A DNA stretch of 64,000 bases. Source: Eledone cirrhosa. Taxonomy: Eukaryota. The translations under genes and the position numbers were made by a program. The notes below the pieces were generated by a model that saw only the letters and a program-made list of their open reading frames with translations, searched no databases and had not been told where the DNA came from. This document shows, piece after piece, positions 35,901 through 49,200 of this stretch. The DNA lies in contig OZ024741.1 in assembly GCA_964016885.1 (NCBI GenBank), positions 407,836,001 to 407,900,000 of the forward strand, written 5' to 3'. Numbering within the stretch: position 1 is the stretch's first letter; each line of letters opens with the position of its first letter.

Positions 35901-38900
35901 GTGGTAGTGTTGGTACTGGTGGTGTTGGTGGTAGTTGGTACTGGTGGTGTTTGTGGCAGTGTTGTTACTGGTGGTGATGGTTGAAGTGTTGGTATTGGTG
36001 GTGTTGGTGGTAGTGTTTGTACTGATGGTGTTGGTGGTAGTGTTTGTACTGATGGTGTTGGTGGTAGTGTTGGTACTGGTGGTGTTGGTGGTAGTGTTGG
36101 TACTGGTGGTGTTGGTGCTAGTGGTAGTGTTGTTACTGGTGGTGTTGGTGGTATTGTTAGTACAAGTGGTGTTGGTGGAAGTTGGTACTGGTGGTGGTGT
36201 TTGTAGTGTTGGTACTGGTGGTGTTGGTGGTAGTGTTTATACTGGTGGTGTTGGTGGTAGTGTTTATACTGGTGGTGTTGGTGTTTGTGGTAGTGTTGGT
36301 ACTGGTGGTGTTGGTGGTAGTGTTGGTACTGGTGGTGTTGGTGGTAGTGTTGGTACTGATGGTGTTGGTACTGGTGGTAGTATTGGTACTGGTGGTGTTG
36401 GTGGTATTCTTGGTACTGGTAGTGTTGGTGGTGGTGTTGGTGGTAGTGTTGGTATTTGTGGTGTTGGTGGTAGTGTTGGTACTGGTGGTGTTGGTGGTAT
36501 TGTTGGTACTGGTGGTGTTGGTGGTAGTGTTGGTACTGGTGGTGTTGGTGGTAGTGTTGGTACTGGTGGTGTTGGTGGTAGTGTTGGTACTGGTAGTGTT
36601 GGTGGTAGTGTTAGTACTGGTGGTGTTGGTGGTATTCTTGGTACTGGTAGTGTTGGTACTGGTGGTGTTGGTGGTAGTGTTGGTACTGGTGGTGTTGGTG
36701 GTAATGTTGTTACTGGTGGTGTTGGTGGTAGTGTTGTTACTCGTGGTGTCGGTGGTAGTGTTGGTACTGGTGGTGGTGTTGGTGGTAGTGTTGGTACTGG
36801 TGGTGTTGGTGGTAGTGTTGGTACTGGTTGTGTTGGTGGTAGTGTTGGTACTGGTAGTGTTGGTGGTAGAGTTGGTACTGGTGGTGTTGTTGGTAGTGTT
36901 GGTACTGGTGGTGTTGGTGGTAGTGTTGGTACTGGTGGTGTTGGTGTTGGTGGTAGTGTTGGTACTGGTGGTGTTGGTGGTACTGTTGGTACTGGTGGTG
37001 TTGGTGGTAGTGTTGGTACTGGTGGTGTTGGTGGTAGTGTTGTTACTGGTTGTGTTGGTGGTACTGTTGGTACTGGTGGTGTTGGTGGTAGTGTTGGTAC
37101 TGGTGGTGTTGGTGGTAGTGTTGGTACTGGTAGTGTTGGTGGTAGTGTTGGTACTGGTAGTGTTGGTGGTAGTGTCGGTACGGGTGGTGTTGGTGGTAGC
37201 GTTGGTACTGGTGGTGTTGGTGGTAGTGTTAGTACAAGTGGTGTTGATGGTAGTGTTGGTACTGGTGGTGCTGGTGGTAGTGTTGTTACTGGTGGTGTTG
37301 GTGGTAGTGTTACTACAAGTGGTGTTGGTGGAAGTTGGTACTGGTGGTGTTGGTGGTAGTGTTGGTACTGGTGGTGTTAGTGGTAGTTGGTACTGGTGGT
37401 GTTGGTGGTAGTGTTGGTACTGGTGGTGTTGGTGGTAGTTGGTACTGGTGGTGTTTGTGGCAGTGTTGTTACTGGTGGTGATGGTTGAAGTGTTGGTATT
37501 GGTGGTGTTGGTGGTAGTGTTTGTACTGATGGTGTTGGTGGTAGTGTTTGTACTGATGGTGTTGGTGGTAGTGTTGGTACTGGTGGTGTTGGTGGTAGTG
37601 TTGGTACTGGTGGTGTTGGTGCTAGTGGTAGTGTTGTTACTGGTGGTGTTGGTGGTATTGTTAGTACAAGTGGTGTTGGTGGAAGTTGGTACTGGTGGTG
37701 GTGTTTGTAGTGTTGGTACTGGTGGTGTTGGTGGTAGTGTTTATACTGGTGGTGTTGGTGGTAGTGTTTATACTGGTGGTGTTGGTGTTTGTGGTAGTGT
37801 TGGTACTGGTGTTGTTGGTGGTAGTGTTGGTACTGGTGGTGTTGGTGGTAGTGTTGGTACTGATGGTGTTGGTACTGGTGGTAGTATTGGTACTGGTGGT
37901 GTTGGTGGTATTCTTGGTACTGGTAGTGTTGGTGGTGGTGTTGGTGGTAGTGTTGGTATTTGTGGTGTTGGTGGTAGTGTTGGTACTGGTGGTGTTGGTG
38001 GTATTGTTGGTACTGGTGGTGTTGGTGGTAGTGTTGGTACTGGTGGTGTTGGTGGTAGTGTTGGTACTGGTGGTGTTGGTGGTAGTGCTGGTACTGGTAG
38101 TGTTGGTGGTAGTGTTAGTACTGGTGGTGTTGGTGGTATTCTTGGTACTGGTAGTGTTGGTACTGGTGGTGTTGGTGGTAGTGTTGGTATTGGTGGTGTT
38201 GGTGGTAGTGTTGGTACTGGTGGTGTTGGTGGTATTGTTGGTACTGGTGGTGTTGGTGGTAGTGTTGGTACTGGTGGTGTTGGTGGTAGTGTTGGTACTG
38301 GTAGTGTTGGTGGTAGTGTTGTTACTGGTGGTGTTGGTGGTAGCGTTTGTATTGGTGGTGTTGGTAGTAGTGTTGGTACTGGTGGTGTTGGTGGTAGTGT
38401 TGGCACAGGTACTGGTGGTGTTGGTGGTAGTGTTAGTACTGGTGGTGTTGGTGGTAGCGTTGGTACTGGTGGTGTTGGTGGTAGTGTTAGTACAAGTGGT
38501 GTTGGTGGTCGTCTTGGTAATGGTGGTGTTGTTGCTAGTGTTGGTACTGGTGGTGTTGGTGGTAGTGTTGGTACTTCTGGTGTTGGTGGTAGTGTTGGTA
38601 CTGGTAGTGTTGGTGGTAGTGTTGGTACTGGTGGTGTTGGTGGTAGTGTTAGTACTAGTGGTGTTGGTGGTCGTGTTGGTCCTGGTACTGGTGGTGTTGG
38701 TGGTAGTGTTGGTACTGGTGGTGTTGGTGTTGGTGGTAGTGTTGGTACTGGTGGTGTTGGTGGTAGTGTTGGTACTGGTGGTGTTGGTGGAGGTGGTGGT
38801 GTTGGTACTGGTGGTGTTGGTGTTAGTGTTGTTACTGGTGGTGTTGGGGGTAGTGTTGGTAAATGTGGTGTTGGTGGTAGTGTTGGTACTGGTGGTGTTT

Positions 38901-41900
38901 GTGGTAGTGTTGGTACTGGTGGTGTTGGTGGTAGTGTTGGTACTGGTGGTGTTGGTGGTAGTGTTGGTACTGGTAGTGTTGGTGGTAGTGTTGGTACTGG
39001 TGGTGTTGGTGGTAGTGTTGGTACTGGTGGTGTTGGTGGTAGTGTTGGTACTGGTGGTGTTGTTAGTAGAGTTGGTACTGGTGGTTTTGGTGGTAGTGTT
39101 GGTACTGGTAGTGTTGGTGGTAGTGTTGGTACTGGTGGTGTTGGTGGTAGTGTTTATACTGGTGGTGTTGGTGGTAGTGTTGGTACTGGTGTGTTGGTGT
39201 TAGTGTTGGTACTGGTTGTGTTGGTGGTAGTGTTTATACTGGTAGTGTTGGCGGTAGTGATGGTACTGGTGGTTTTGGTGGTAGTGTTGGTACTGGTGGT
39301 GTTGGTGGTAGTGTTGTTACTGGTGGTGTTGGTGGTAGTGTTGGTACTGGTGGTGTTGTTGGTAGAGTTGGTACTGGTGGTGTTGGTGGTAGTGTTGGTA
39401 TTGGCGGTGGTGGTAGTGTTGGTACTGGTGGTGTTGGTGGTATTGTTGGTACTTGTGGTGTTGGTGGTAGTGTCGGTACTGGTGGTGTTGGTGGTAGTGT
39501 TGGTACTGGTAGTGTTGGTGGTAGTGTTGGTACTGGTGGTGTTGGTGGTAGTGTTGTTACTGGTGGTGTTGGTGGTAGTGTTGGTACTGGTGGTGTTGGG
39601 GGGTAGTGTTGGTAAAGGTGGTGTTGGTGGTAGTGTTGGTACTGGTAGTGTTGGTGGTAGTGTTGGTACAGGTGGTATTGGGGGTAGTGTTGGTACTGGT
39701 GGTGTTGGTGGTAGTGTTGGTACTGGTGGTGTTGGTGGTAATGTTGTTACTGGTGGTGTTGGTGGTAGTGTTGTTACTCGTGGTGTCGGTGGTAGTGTTG
39801 GTACTGGTGGTGGTGTTGGTGGTAGTGTTGGTACTGGTGGTGTTGGTGGTAGTGTTGGTACTGGTTGTGTTGGTGGTAGTGTTGGTACTGGTAGTGTTGG
39901 TGGTAGAGTTGGTACTGGTGGTGTTGTTGGTAGTGTTGGTACTGGTGGTGTTGGTGGTAGTGTTGGTACTGGTGGTGTTGGTGTTGGTGGTAGTGTTGGT
40001 ACTGGTGGTGTTGGTGGTACTGTTGGTACTGGTGGTGTTGGTGGTAGTGTTGGTACTGGTGGTGTTGGTGGTAGTGTTGTTACTGGTTGTGTTGGTGGTA
40101 CTGTTGGTACTGGTGGTGTTGGTGGTAGTGTTGGTACTGGTGGTGTTGGTGGTAGTGTTGGTACTGGTAGTGTTGGTGGTAGTGTTGGTACTGGTAGTGT
40201 TGGTGGTAGTGTCGGTACGGGTGGTGTTGGTGGTAGCGTTGGTACTGGTGGTGTTGGTGGTAGTGTTAGTACAAGTGGTGTTGATGGTAGTGTTGGTACT
40301 GGTGGTGCTGGTGGTAGTGTTGTTACTGGTGGTGTTGGTGGTAGTGTTACTACAAGTGGTGTTGGTGGAAGTTGGTACTGGTGGTGTTGGTGGTAGTGTT
40401 GGTACTGGTGGTTTTAGTGGTAGTTGGTACTGGTGGAGTTGGTGGTAGTGTTGGTACTGGTGGTGTTGGTGGTAGTTGGTACTGGTGGTGTTTGTGGCAG
40501 TGTTGTTACTGGTGGTGATGGTTGAAGTGTTGGTATCGGTGGTGTTGGTGGTAGTGTTTGTACTGATGGTGTTGGTGGTAGTGTTTGTACTGATGGTGTT
40601 GGTGGTAGTGTTGGTACTGGTGGTGTTGGTGGTAGTGTTGGTACTGGTGGTGTTGGTGCTAGTGGTAGTGTTGTTACTGGTGGTGTTGGTGGTATTGTTA
40701 GTACAAGTGGTGTTGGTGGAAGTTGGTACTGGTGGTGGTGTTTGTAGTGTTGGTACTGGTGGTGTTGGTGGTAGTGTTTATACTGGTGGTGTTGGTGGTA
40801 GTGTTTATACTGGTGGTGTTGGTGTTTGTGGTAGTGTTGGTACTGGTGGTGTTGGTGGTAGTGTTGGTACTGGTGGTGTTGGTGGTAGTGTTGGTACTGA
40901 TGGTGTTGGTACTGGTGGTAGTATTGGTACTGGTGGTGTTGGTGGTATTCTTGGTACTGGTAGTGTTGGTGGTGGTGTTGGTGGTAGTGTTGGTATTTGT
41001 AGTGTTGGTGGTAGTGTTGGTACTGGTGGTGTTGGTGGTATTGTTGGTACTGGTGGTGTTGGTGGTAGTGTTGGTACTGGTGGTGTTGGTGGTAGTGTTG
41101 GTACTGGTGGTGTTGGTGGTAGTGTTGGTACTGGTAGTGTTGGTGGTAGTGTTAGTACTGGTGGTGTTGGTGGTATTCTTGGTACTGGTAGTGTTGGTAC
41201 TGGTGGTGTTGGTGGTAGTGTTGGTATTGGTGGTGTTGGTGGTAGTGTTGGTACTGGTGGTGTTGGTGGTATTGTTGGTACTGGTGGTGTTGGTGGTAGT
41301 GTTGGTACTGGTGGTGTTGGTGGTAGTGTTGGTACTGGTAGTGTTGGTGGTAGTGTTGTTACTGGTGGTGTTGGTGGTAGAGTTTGTATTGGTGGTGTTG
41401 GTAGTAGTGTTGGTACTGGTGGTGTTGGTGGTAGTGTTGGCACAGGTACTGGTGGTGTTGGTGGTAGTGTTAGTACTGGTGGTGTTGGTGGTAGCGTTGG
41501 TACTGGTGGTGTTGGTGGTAGTGTTAGTACAAGTGGTGTTGGTGGTCGTCTTGGTAATGGTGGTGTTGTTGCTAGTGTTGGTACTGGTGGTGTTGGTGGT
41601 AGTGTTGGTACTGCTGGTGTTGGTGGTAGTGTTGGTACTGGTAGTGTTGGTGGTAGTGTTGGTACTGGTGGTGTTGGTGGTAGTGTTAGTACTAGTGGTG
41701 TTGGTGGTCGTGTTGGTCCCGGTACTGGTGGTGTTGGTGGTAGTGTTGGTACTGGTGGTGTTGGTGTTGGTGGTAGTGTTGGTACTGGTGGTGTTGGTGG
41801 TAGTGTTGGTACTGGTGGTGTTGGTGGAATTGGTGGTGTTGGTACTGGTGGTGTTGGTGTTAGTGTTGTTACTGGTGGTGTTGGGGGTAGTGTTGGTAAA

Positions 41901-42180
41901 TGTGGTGTTGGTGGTAGTGTTGGTACTGGTGGTGTTTGTGGTAGTGTTGGTACTGGTGGTGTTGGTGGTAGTGTTGGTACTGGTGGTGTTGGTGGTAGTG
42001 TTGGTACTGGTAGTGTTGGTGGTAGTGTTGGTACTGGTGGTGTTGGTGGTAGTGTTGGTACTGGTGGTGTTGGTGGTAGTGTTGGTACTGGTGGTGTTGT
42101 TAGTAGAGTTGGTACTGGTGGTTTTGGTGGTAGTGTTGGTACTGGTAGTGTTGGTGGTAGTGTTGGTACTGGTGGTGTTG
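32100..42180. repeat. Tandem HOR domain with 1504/1642-bp units (3146-bp dimer) and a 3037-bp unit
   Basis: Homologous ORF starts are at 33036, 34540, 36182, 37686 and 40723 (spacings 1504, 1642, 1504, 3037) and at 34293, 35935, 37439 and 40476. Homologous ORF ends are at 32896, 34213, 35855, 37359 and 40396. Shared markers are GTTACTACAAGT and TTTGTGGCAGTGTTGTTACT. Confidence 0.88.
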
Positions 42181-45100
42181 GTGGTATTCTTGGTACTGGT
42201 AGTGTTGGGGATAGTGTTGGTGGTAGTGTTGGTATTGGTGGTGTTGGTGGTAGTGTTGGTACTGGTGGTGTTGGTGGTAGTGTTGGTACTGGTGGGATTC
42301 GTGGTAGTGTTGGTACTGGTGGTAGTGTTGGTACTGGTGGTGTTGGTGGTAGTGTTGTTACAGGTGTTGTTGGTGGTAGTGTTGGTACTGGTGGTGGTGG
42401 TGGTAGTGTTGGTACTGGTGGTATTGTTGGTAGTGTTGGTACTGGTGGTGTTAGTGGTAGTGTTGGTGGTAGTTGGTACTGGTGGTGTTGGTGGTAGTGT
42501 TGGTAAAGGTGGTGTTGGTGGTAGTGTTGGTACTGGTGGTGTTGGTGGTAGTGTTGGTATTGGTGGTGTTGGTAGTAGTGTTGGTAATGGTTGTGTTGGT
42601 GGTAGTGTTGGTACTGGTGGTGTTGGTGGTAGTGTTGGTACTGGTAGTGTTGGTGGTAGTGTTGGTACTGGTAGTGTTGGTGGTAGTGTTGGTACTGGTG
42701 GTGTTGGTGGTAGTGTTGGTACTGGTGGTGTTGGTGTTGGTGGTAGTGTTGGTACTGGTGGTGTTGGTGGTACTGTTGGTACTGGTGGTGTTGGTGGTAG
42801 GGTTGGTACTGGTGGTTTTGGTGGTAGTGTTGTTACTGGTTGTGTTGGTGGTACTTTTGGTACTGGTGGTGTAGGTGGTAGTGTTGGTACTGGTGGTGTT
42901 GTTACTGGTGGTGTTGTTGGCAGTGTTGGTAAAGGTGGTGTTGGTGGTAATGTTGGTACTGGTGGTGTTGGTGGTAGTGTTGGTACTGGTGGTGTTGGTG
43001 GTACTGTTGGTACTGGTGGTGGTGGTGGTAGTGTTGGTACTGGTGGTGTTGGCGGTAGTGTTGGTACTGGTGGTGTTGGTGGTAGTGTTGGTACTGATGG
43101 TGTTGGTAGTAGTGTTGGTACTGGTGGTGTTGGTGGTAGTGTTGGTACTGGTGGTGTTGGTGGTAGTGTTTATACTGGTGGTGTTGGTGTTGGTGGTAGT
43201 GTTGGTACTTGTGGTGTTTGTGGTAGTGTTGCTACAGGTGGTGTTGATGGTAGTGTTGGTACTGGTGGTGTTGGTGGTAGTGTTAGTACTGGTGGTGTTG
43301 GCGGTAGTATTGGTACTGGTCGTGGAGGTGGTAGTGTTGGTACTGGTGGTGTTGGTGGTAGTGTTGGTACTGGTGGTGTTGGTGGTAGTGTTGGTACTGG
43401 TGGTGTTGGTGGTAGTGTTGGTACTGGTGGTGTTGGTGGTAGTGTTGGTACTGGTGGTGTTGGTGCTAGTGTTGGTACTGGTGGTGTTGGTGGTAGTGTT
43501 GGTACTGGTGGTGTTGGTGTTGGTGTTGGTGGTAGTGTTGGTACTGGTGGTGTTGGTGGTAGTGTTGGTACTGGTGGTGTTGTTGCTAGTGTTGGTAGTG
43601 GTGGTGTTGGTGGTAGTGTTGGTACTGGTACTGGTGGTGTTGGTGGTTGTGTTGTTACTGGTGGTGTTGGTGGTAGTGTTGGTAAAGTTGGTGTTGGTGG
43701 TAGTGTTGGTACTGGTGGTGTTGGTGGTAGTGTTGGTACTGGTGGTGTTGGTGGTAGTGTTGTTACTGGTGGTGTTGGTGGTAGTGTTGGTAAAGGTGGT
43801 GTTGGTGGTAGTGTTGGTACTGGTGGTGTTGGTGGTAGTGTTGGTACTGGTGCTGTTGGTGGTAGTGTTGTTACTGGTGCCGTTGGTGGTAGTGTTGGTA
43901 TTGGTGTTGTTGGTGGTTGTGTTGGTACTGGTGGTGTTGGTGGTAGTGTTGGTACTGATGGTGTTGGTACTGGTGGTAGTGTTGGTTCTGGTGGTGTTTG
44001 TGGTAGCGATGGTACTGGTGGTGTTGGTGGTAGTGTTAGTGCAAGTGGTGTTGGTGGTAGTGTTGGTACTGGTGGTGTTGGTGGTAGTGTTGGTACTGGT
44101 GGTGTTGGTGGTAGTGTTAGTGCAAGTGGTGTTGGTGGTAGTGTTGGTACTGGTGGTGTTGGTGGTAGTGTTGGTACTGGTGGTGTTGGTGGTAGTGTTG
44201 GTACTGGTGGTGTTGGTGGTGTTCTTGGTACTGGTATTGTTGGTGGTAGTGTTGGTACTGGTGGCGTTGGTGGTAGTGTTGGTATTGGTGGTGTTGGTGG
44301 TAGTGTTGGTACTGGTGGTGTTGGTGGTATTGTTGGTACTGGTGGTGTTGGTGGTAGTGTTGGTTCTGGTGGTGTTGGTGGTAGTGTTGGTACTGGTAGT
44401 GTTGGTGGTAGTGTTGCTACTGGTGGTGTTGGTGGTAGTGTTGGTACTGGTGGTGTTGGTGGTAGTGTTGGTACTGGTGGTGTTGGTGGTACTGTTGGTA
44501 CTGGTGGTGGTGGTGGTAGTGTTGGTACTGGTGGTGTTGGCGGTAGTGTTGGTACTGGTGGTACTGGCGATAGTGTTGGTACTGGTGGTGTTGGTGGTAG
44601 TGTTTGTACTGGTGGTGTGGGTGGTAGTGTTGGTACTGGTGGTGTTGGTACTGGTGGTAGTGTTGGTACTGGTGGTGTTGGTGGTAGTGTTGGTACTGGT
44701 GGTAGTTGGTACTGGTGGATTTGGTGGTTGTGTTGTACTGCTGGTGTTGGTGTCGGTGATGGTGGTAGTGTTGGTTCTGGTGGTGTTGGTGGTAGTGTTG
44801 GTACTGGTGGTGTTGGTGGTAGTGTTGGTACTGGTGGTGTTGGTGGTACTGTTGGTACTGGTGGTGTTGGTGGTAGTTAATACTGGTGGTGTTGGTGGTA
44901 GTGTTGGTAAAGGTGGTGTTAGTGGTAGTGTTGTTACTGGTGGTGTTGGTGGTAGTGTTGGTACTGGTGGGATAGGTGGTAGTGTTGGTACTGGTGTTGT
45001 TGGTGGTAGTGTTGGTACTGGTAGTGTTGGTGGTAGTGTTGGTACTGGTGGTGTTGGTGGTAGTGTTGGTACTGGTAGTGTTGGTGGTAGTGTTGGTAAT

Positions 45101-46299
45101 GGTGGTGTTGGTGGTTGTGTTGTTACTGGTGGTGTTGGTGCTAGTGTTAGTACTGGTGGTGTTGGTGGTAGTGTTGTTACTGGTGGTGTTGGTGGTAGTG
45201 TTGGTACTGGTGGGATAGGTGGTAGTGTTGGTACTGGTGTTGTTGGTGGTAGTGTTGGTACTGGTAGTGTTGGTGGTAGTGTTGGTACTGGTGGTGTTGG
45301 TGGTAGTGTTGGTACTGGTGATGTTGGTGGTAGTGTTTACACTGGTGGTGTTGGTGGTAGTGTTGTTACTGGTGGTGTTGGTGCTAGTGTTAGTACTGGT
45401 GGTGTTGGTGGTAGTGTTGTTACTGGTGGTGTTGGTGGTAGCGTTGGTACTGGTGGTGTTGGTACTGGCGTTAGTGTTGGTACTGGTGGTGTTGGTGGTA
45501 GTGCTGTTACTGGTGGTGTTGGTGGTAGTGTTGGTACTGGTGGTGCTGGTACTGGTGGTAGTGTTGGTACTGGTGGTGTTGGTGGTAGTGTTGGTACTGG
45601 TAGTGTTGGTGGTAGTGTTGGTACTGGTGGTGTTGGTGGTAGTGTTGGTACTGGTGGTGTTGCTGTTAGTGTTGGTACTGGTGGTGTTGGTGGTAGTGTT
45701 GGTTCTGGTGGTGTTGGTTGTAGTGTTGGTACTGGTGGTGTTGGTGGTAGTGTTGGTACTGGTACTGGTGGTGTTAGTGGTAGTGTTGGTACTGGTGGTG
45801 TTGGTGGTAGTGTTGGTACTGGTGGTGTTGGTGGTAGTGTTGGTACTGGTAGTGTTGGTGGTAGTGTTGGTACTGGTGGTGTTGGTGGTAGTGTTGGTAC
45901 TGGTGTTGTTGGTGGTAGTGTTGGTACTGGTGGTGTTGGTGGTAGTGTTGGTACTGGTGGTGTTGGTGGTAGTGTTGGTACTGGTGGTGTTGGTGGTAGT
46001 GTTGGTTCTGGTGGTGTCGGTGGTAGTGTTTATACTGGTGGTGTTGGTGTTGGTGGTAGTGTTGGTACTGGTGGTGTTGGTGGTAGTGTTGTTACAGGTT
46101 GTCTTGGTCGTAGTTTTGGTATTGGTGGTGTTGGTTGTAGTGTTTATACTGGTGGTGTTGGTGGTAGTGTTGGTACTGGTGGTGTTGGTGGTATTCTTGG
46201 TACTGGTGGTGTTGGTGGTAGTGTTGGTACTGGTAGTGTTGGTGGTAGTGTTGGTACTGGTGGTGTTGTTGGTAGTGTTGGTACTGGTGTTGTTGGTGG

Positions 46300-49200
46300 T
46301 TGTGTTGGTACTGGTGTTGTTGGTTGAAGTTGGTACTGGTGGTGTTGGTGGTAGTCGGTACTGGTGGTGTTGGTGGTAATGTTGGTACTGGTGGTGTTGG
46401 TGCTAGTGTTGGTGGTAATGTAGGTACTGGTGGTGTTGGTGGTATTCTTGGTACTGGTAGTGTTGGTGGTAGTGTTGGTACTGGTGGTGTTAGTGGTAGT
46501 TTTGGTATTGGTGGTGTTGGTTGTAGTGTTTATACTGGTGGTGTTGGTGGTAGTGTTGATACTGGTGGTGTTGGTGGTAGTGTTGGTACTGGTGGTGTTG
46601 GTGGTAGTGTTGGTACTGGTGGTGTTGGTGGTACTGTTGGTACTGATGGTGTTGCTGGTAGTGTTGGTACTGGTAGTGTTGGTGGTAGTGTTGGTACTGG
46701 TGGTGTTGGTGGTAGTGTTGGTAATGGTGGTGTTGGTGGTAGTGTTGGTTCTGGTGGTGTTGGTGGTAGTGTTGTTACAGGTGTTGTTGGTGGTACTTTT
46801 GGTATTGGTGGTGTTGGTTGTAGTGTTGGTACTGGTGGTGTTGGTGGTGGTAGTTGGTATTGGTGGTGATGGTGGTAGTGTTGGTACTGGTGGTGTTGTT
46901 GGTAGAGTTGGTACTGGTGGTTTTGGTGGTAGTGTTGGTACTGGTGGTGTTGGTGGTACTGTTGGTACTGGTGGTGTTGCTGGTAGTGTTGGTACTGGTA
47001 GTGTTGGTGGTAGTGTTGGTACTGGTGGTGTTGTTGTTAGTGTTGTTACTGGTGGTGTTGGTGGTAGTGTTGGTACTGGTGGTGTTGGTGGTAGTGTTGG
47101 TACTGGTGGTGTTGGTGGTAGTGTTGGTACTGGTGGTGTTGGTGGTAGTGTTGGTACTGGTGGTGTTGGTGGTAGTGTTGGTACTGGTGGTGTTGTTGGT
47201 AGTGTTGGTACTGGTGTTGTTGGTGGTAGTGTTGGTACTGGTGGTGTTGTTGGTAGTGTTGGTACTGGTGTTGTTGGTGGTTGTGTTGGTACTGGTGGTG
47301 TTGGTTGAAGTTGGTACTGGTGGTGTTGGTGGTAATGTTGGTACTGGTGGTGTTGGTGGTAGTGTTGGTGGTAATGTAGGTATTGGTGGTGTTGGTGGTA
47401 TTCTTGGTACTGGTAGTGTTGGTGGTAGTGTTGGTACTTGTGGTGTTAGTGGTAGTGTTGGTACTGGTGGTGTAGGTGGTAGTGTTCTTACTGCTGGTGT
47501 TGGTGGTAGTGTTGGTACTGGTGGTGTTGTTAGTAGTGTTGGTACTGGTGTTGTTGGTGGTTGTGTTGGTACTGATGGTGTTGGTGGTAGTGTTTATACT
47601 GGTGGTGTTGGTACTGGTGGTGTTGGTGGTAGTGTTTATACTGGTGGTGTTGGTGGTAGTGTTGGTACTGGTGGTGTTGGTGGTAGTGTTTATACTGGTG
47701 GTGTTGGTGTTGGTGGTAGTGTTGATAATGGTGGTGTTGGTGGTAGTGTTGGTACTGGTAGTGTTGGTGGTAGTGTTGGTACTGGTGGTGTTGGTGGTAG
47801 TGTTGGTACTGGTGGTGTTGGTGGTAGTGTTGGTACTTGTGGTGTTGGTGGTAATGTTAGTACAAGTGGTGTTGGTGGTAGTGTTGGTACGGGTGGTGTT
47901 GGTGGTAGTGTTGGTACTGGTGGTGTTGGTGGTAGTGTTGGTACTGGTGGTGTTGCTGGTAGTGTTGGTACTGGTAGTGTTGGTACTGGTGGTGTTGGTG
48001 GTAGTGTTGTTACTGGTGGTGTTGGTGGTAGTGTTGGTACAGGTGGTGTTGGTGGTAGTGTTGGTACTGGTGGTGTTGGTGGTAGTGTTGGTACTGGTGG
48101 TGTTGTTGGTAGTGTTGGTACTGGTGTTGTTGGTGGTAGTGTTGGTACTGGTGGTGTTGGTGGTAGTGTTGGTACGGGTGGTGTTGTTGGTAGTGTTGGT
48201 ACAGGTGGTGTTGGTGGTAGTGTTGGTACTGGTGGTGTTGTTGGTAGTGTTGGTACTGGTGGTGTTGGTACTGGTGGTGTTGGTGGTAGTGTTGGTACTG
48301 GTGGTGTTGCTGGTAGTGTTTGTACTGGTAGTGTTGGTACTGGTGGTGTTGGTGGTAGTGTTGGTACTGGTGGTTTTGGTGGTAGTGTTGGTACTGGTGG
48401 TGTTGTTGGTAGTGTTGGTACTGGTGTTGTTGGTGGTTGTGTTGGTACTGGTGGTGTTGGTTGAAGTTGGTACTGGTGGTGTTGGTGGTAGTTGGTACTG
48501 GTGGTGTTGGTGGTAATGTTGGTACTGGTGGTATTGGTGGTAGTGTTGGTGGTAATGTAGGTATTGGTGGTGTTGGTGGTATTCTTGGTACTGGTAGTGT
48601 TGGTGGTAGTGTTGGTACTTGTGGTGTTAGTGGTAGTGTTGGTACTGGTGGTGTAGGTGGTAGTGTTCTTACTGCTGGTGTTGGTGGAAGTGTTGGTAAT
48701 GGTGGTGTTGTTGGTAGTGTTGGTACTGGTGGTGTTGGTGGTAGTGTTGGTACAGGTGATGTTGGTGGTTGTGTTGGTACTGATGGTGTTGGTGGTAGTG
48801 TTTATACTGGTGGTGTTTGTACTGGTGGTGTTGGTGGTAGTGTTTATACTGGTGGTGTTGGTGGTAGTGTTGGTACTGGTGGTGTTGGTGGTAGTGTTTA
48901 TACTGGTGGTGGTGGTGTTGGTGGTAGTGTTGATAATGGTGGTGATGGTGGAAGTGTTGGTACTGGTGGTGTTGGTGGTAGTGTTTATACTGGTGGTGTT
49001 GGTGGTAGTGTTGGTACTGGTAGTGTTGGTGGTAGTGTTGGTACTGGTGGTGTTGGTGGTAGTGTTGGTACTGGTGCTGTTGGTGGTAGTGTTGGTACTT
49101 GTGGTGTTGGTGGTAGTGTTAGTACAAGTGGTGTTGGTGGTAGTGTTGGTACGGGTGGTGTTGGTGGTAGTGTAGGTACTGGTACAGGTGGTGTTTGTAC

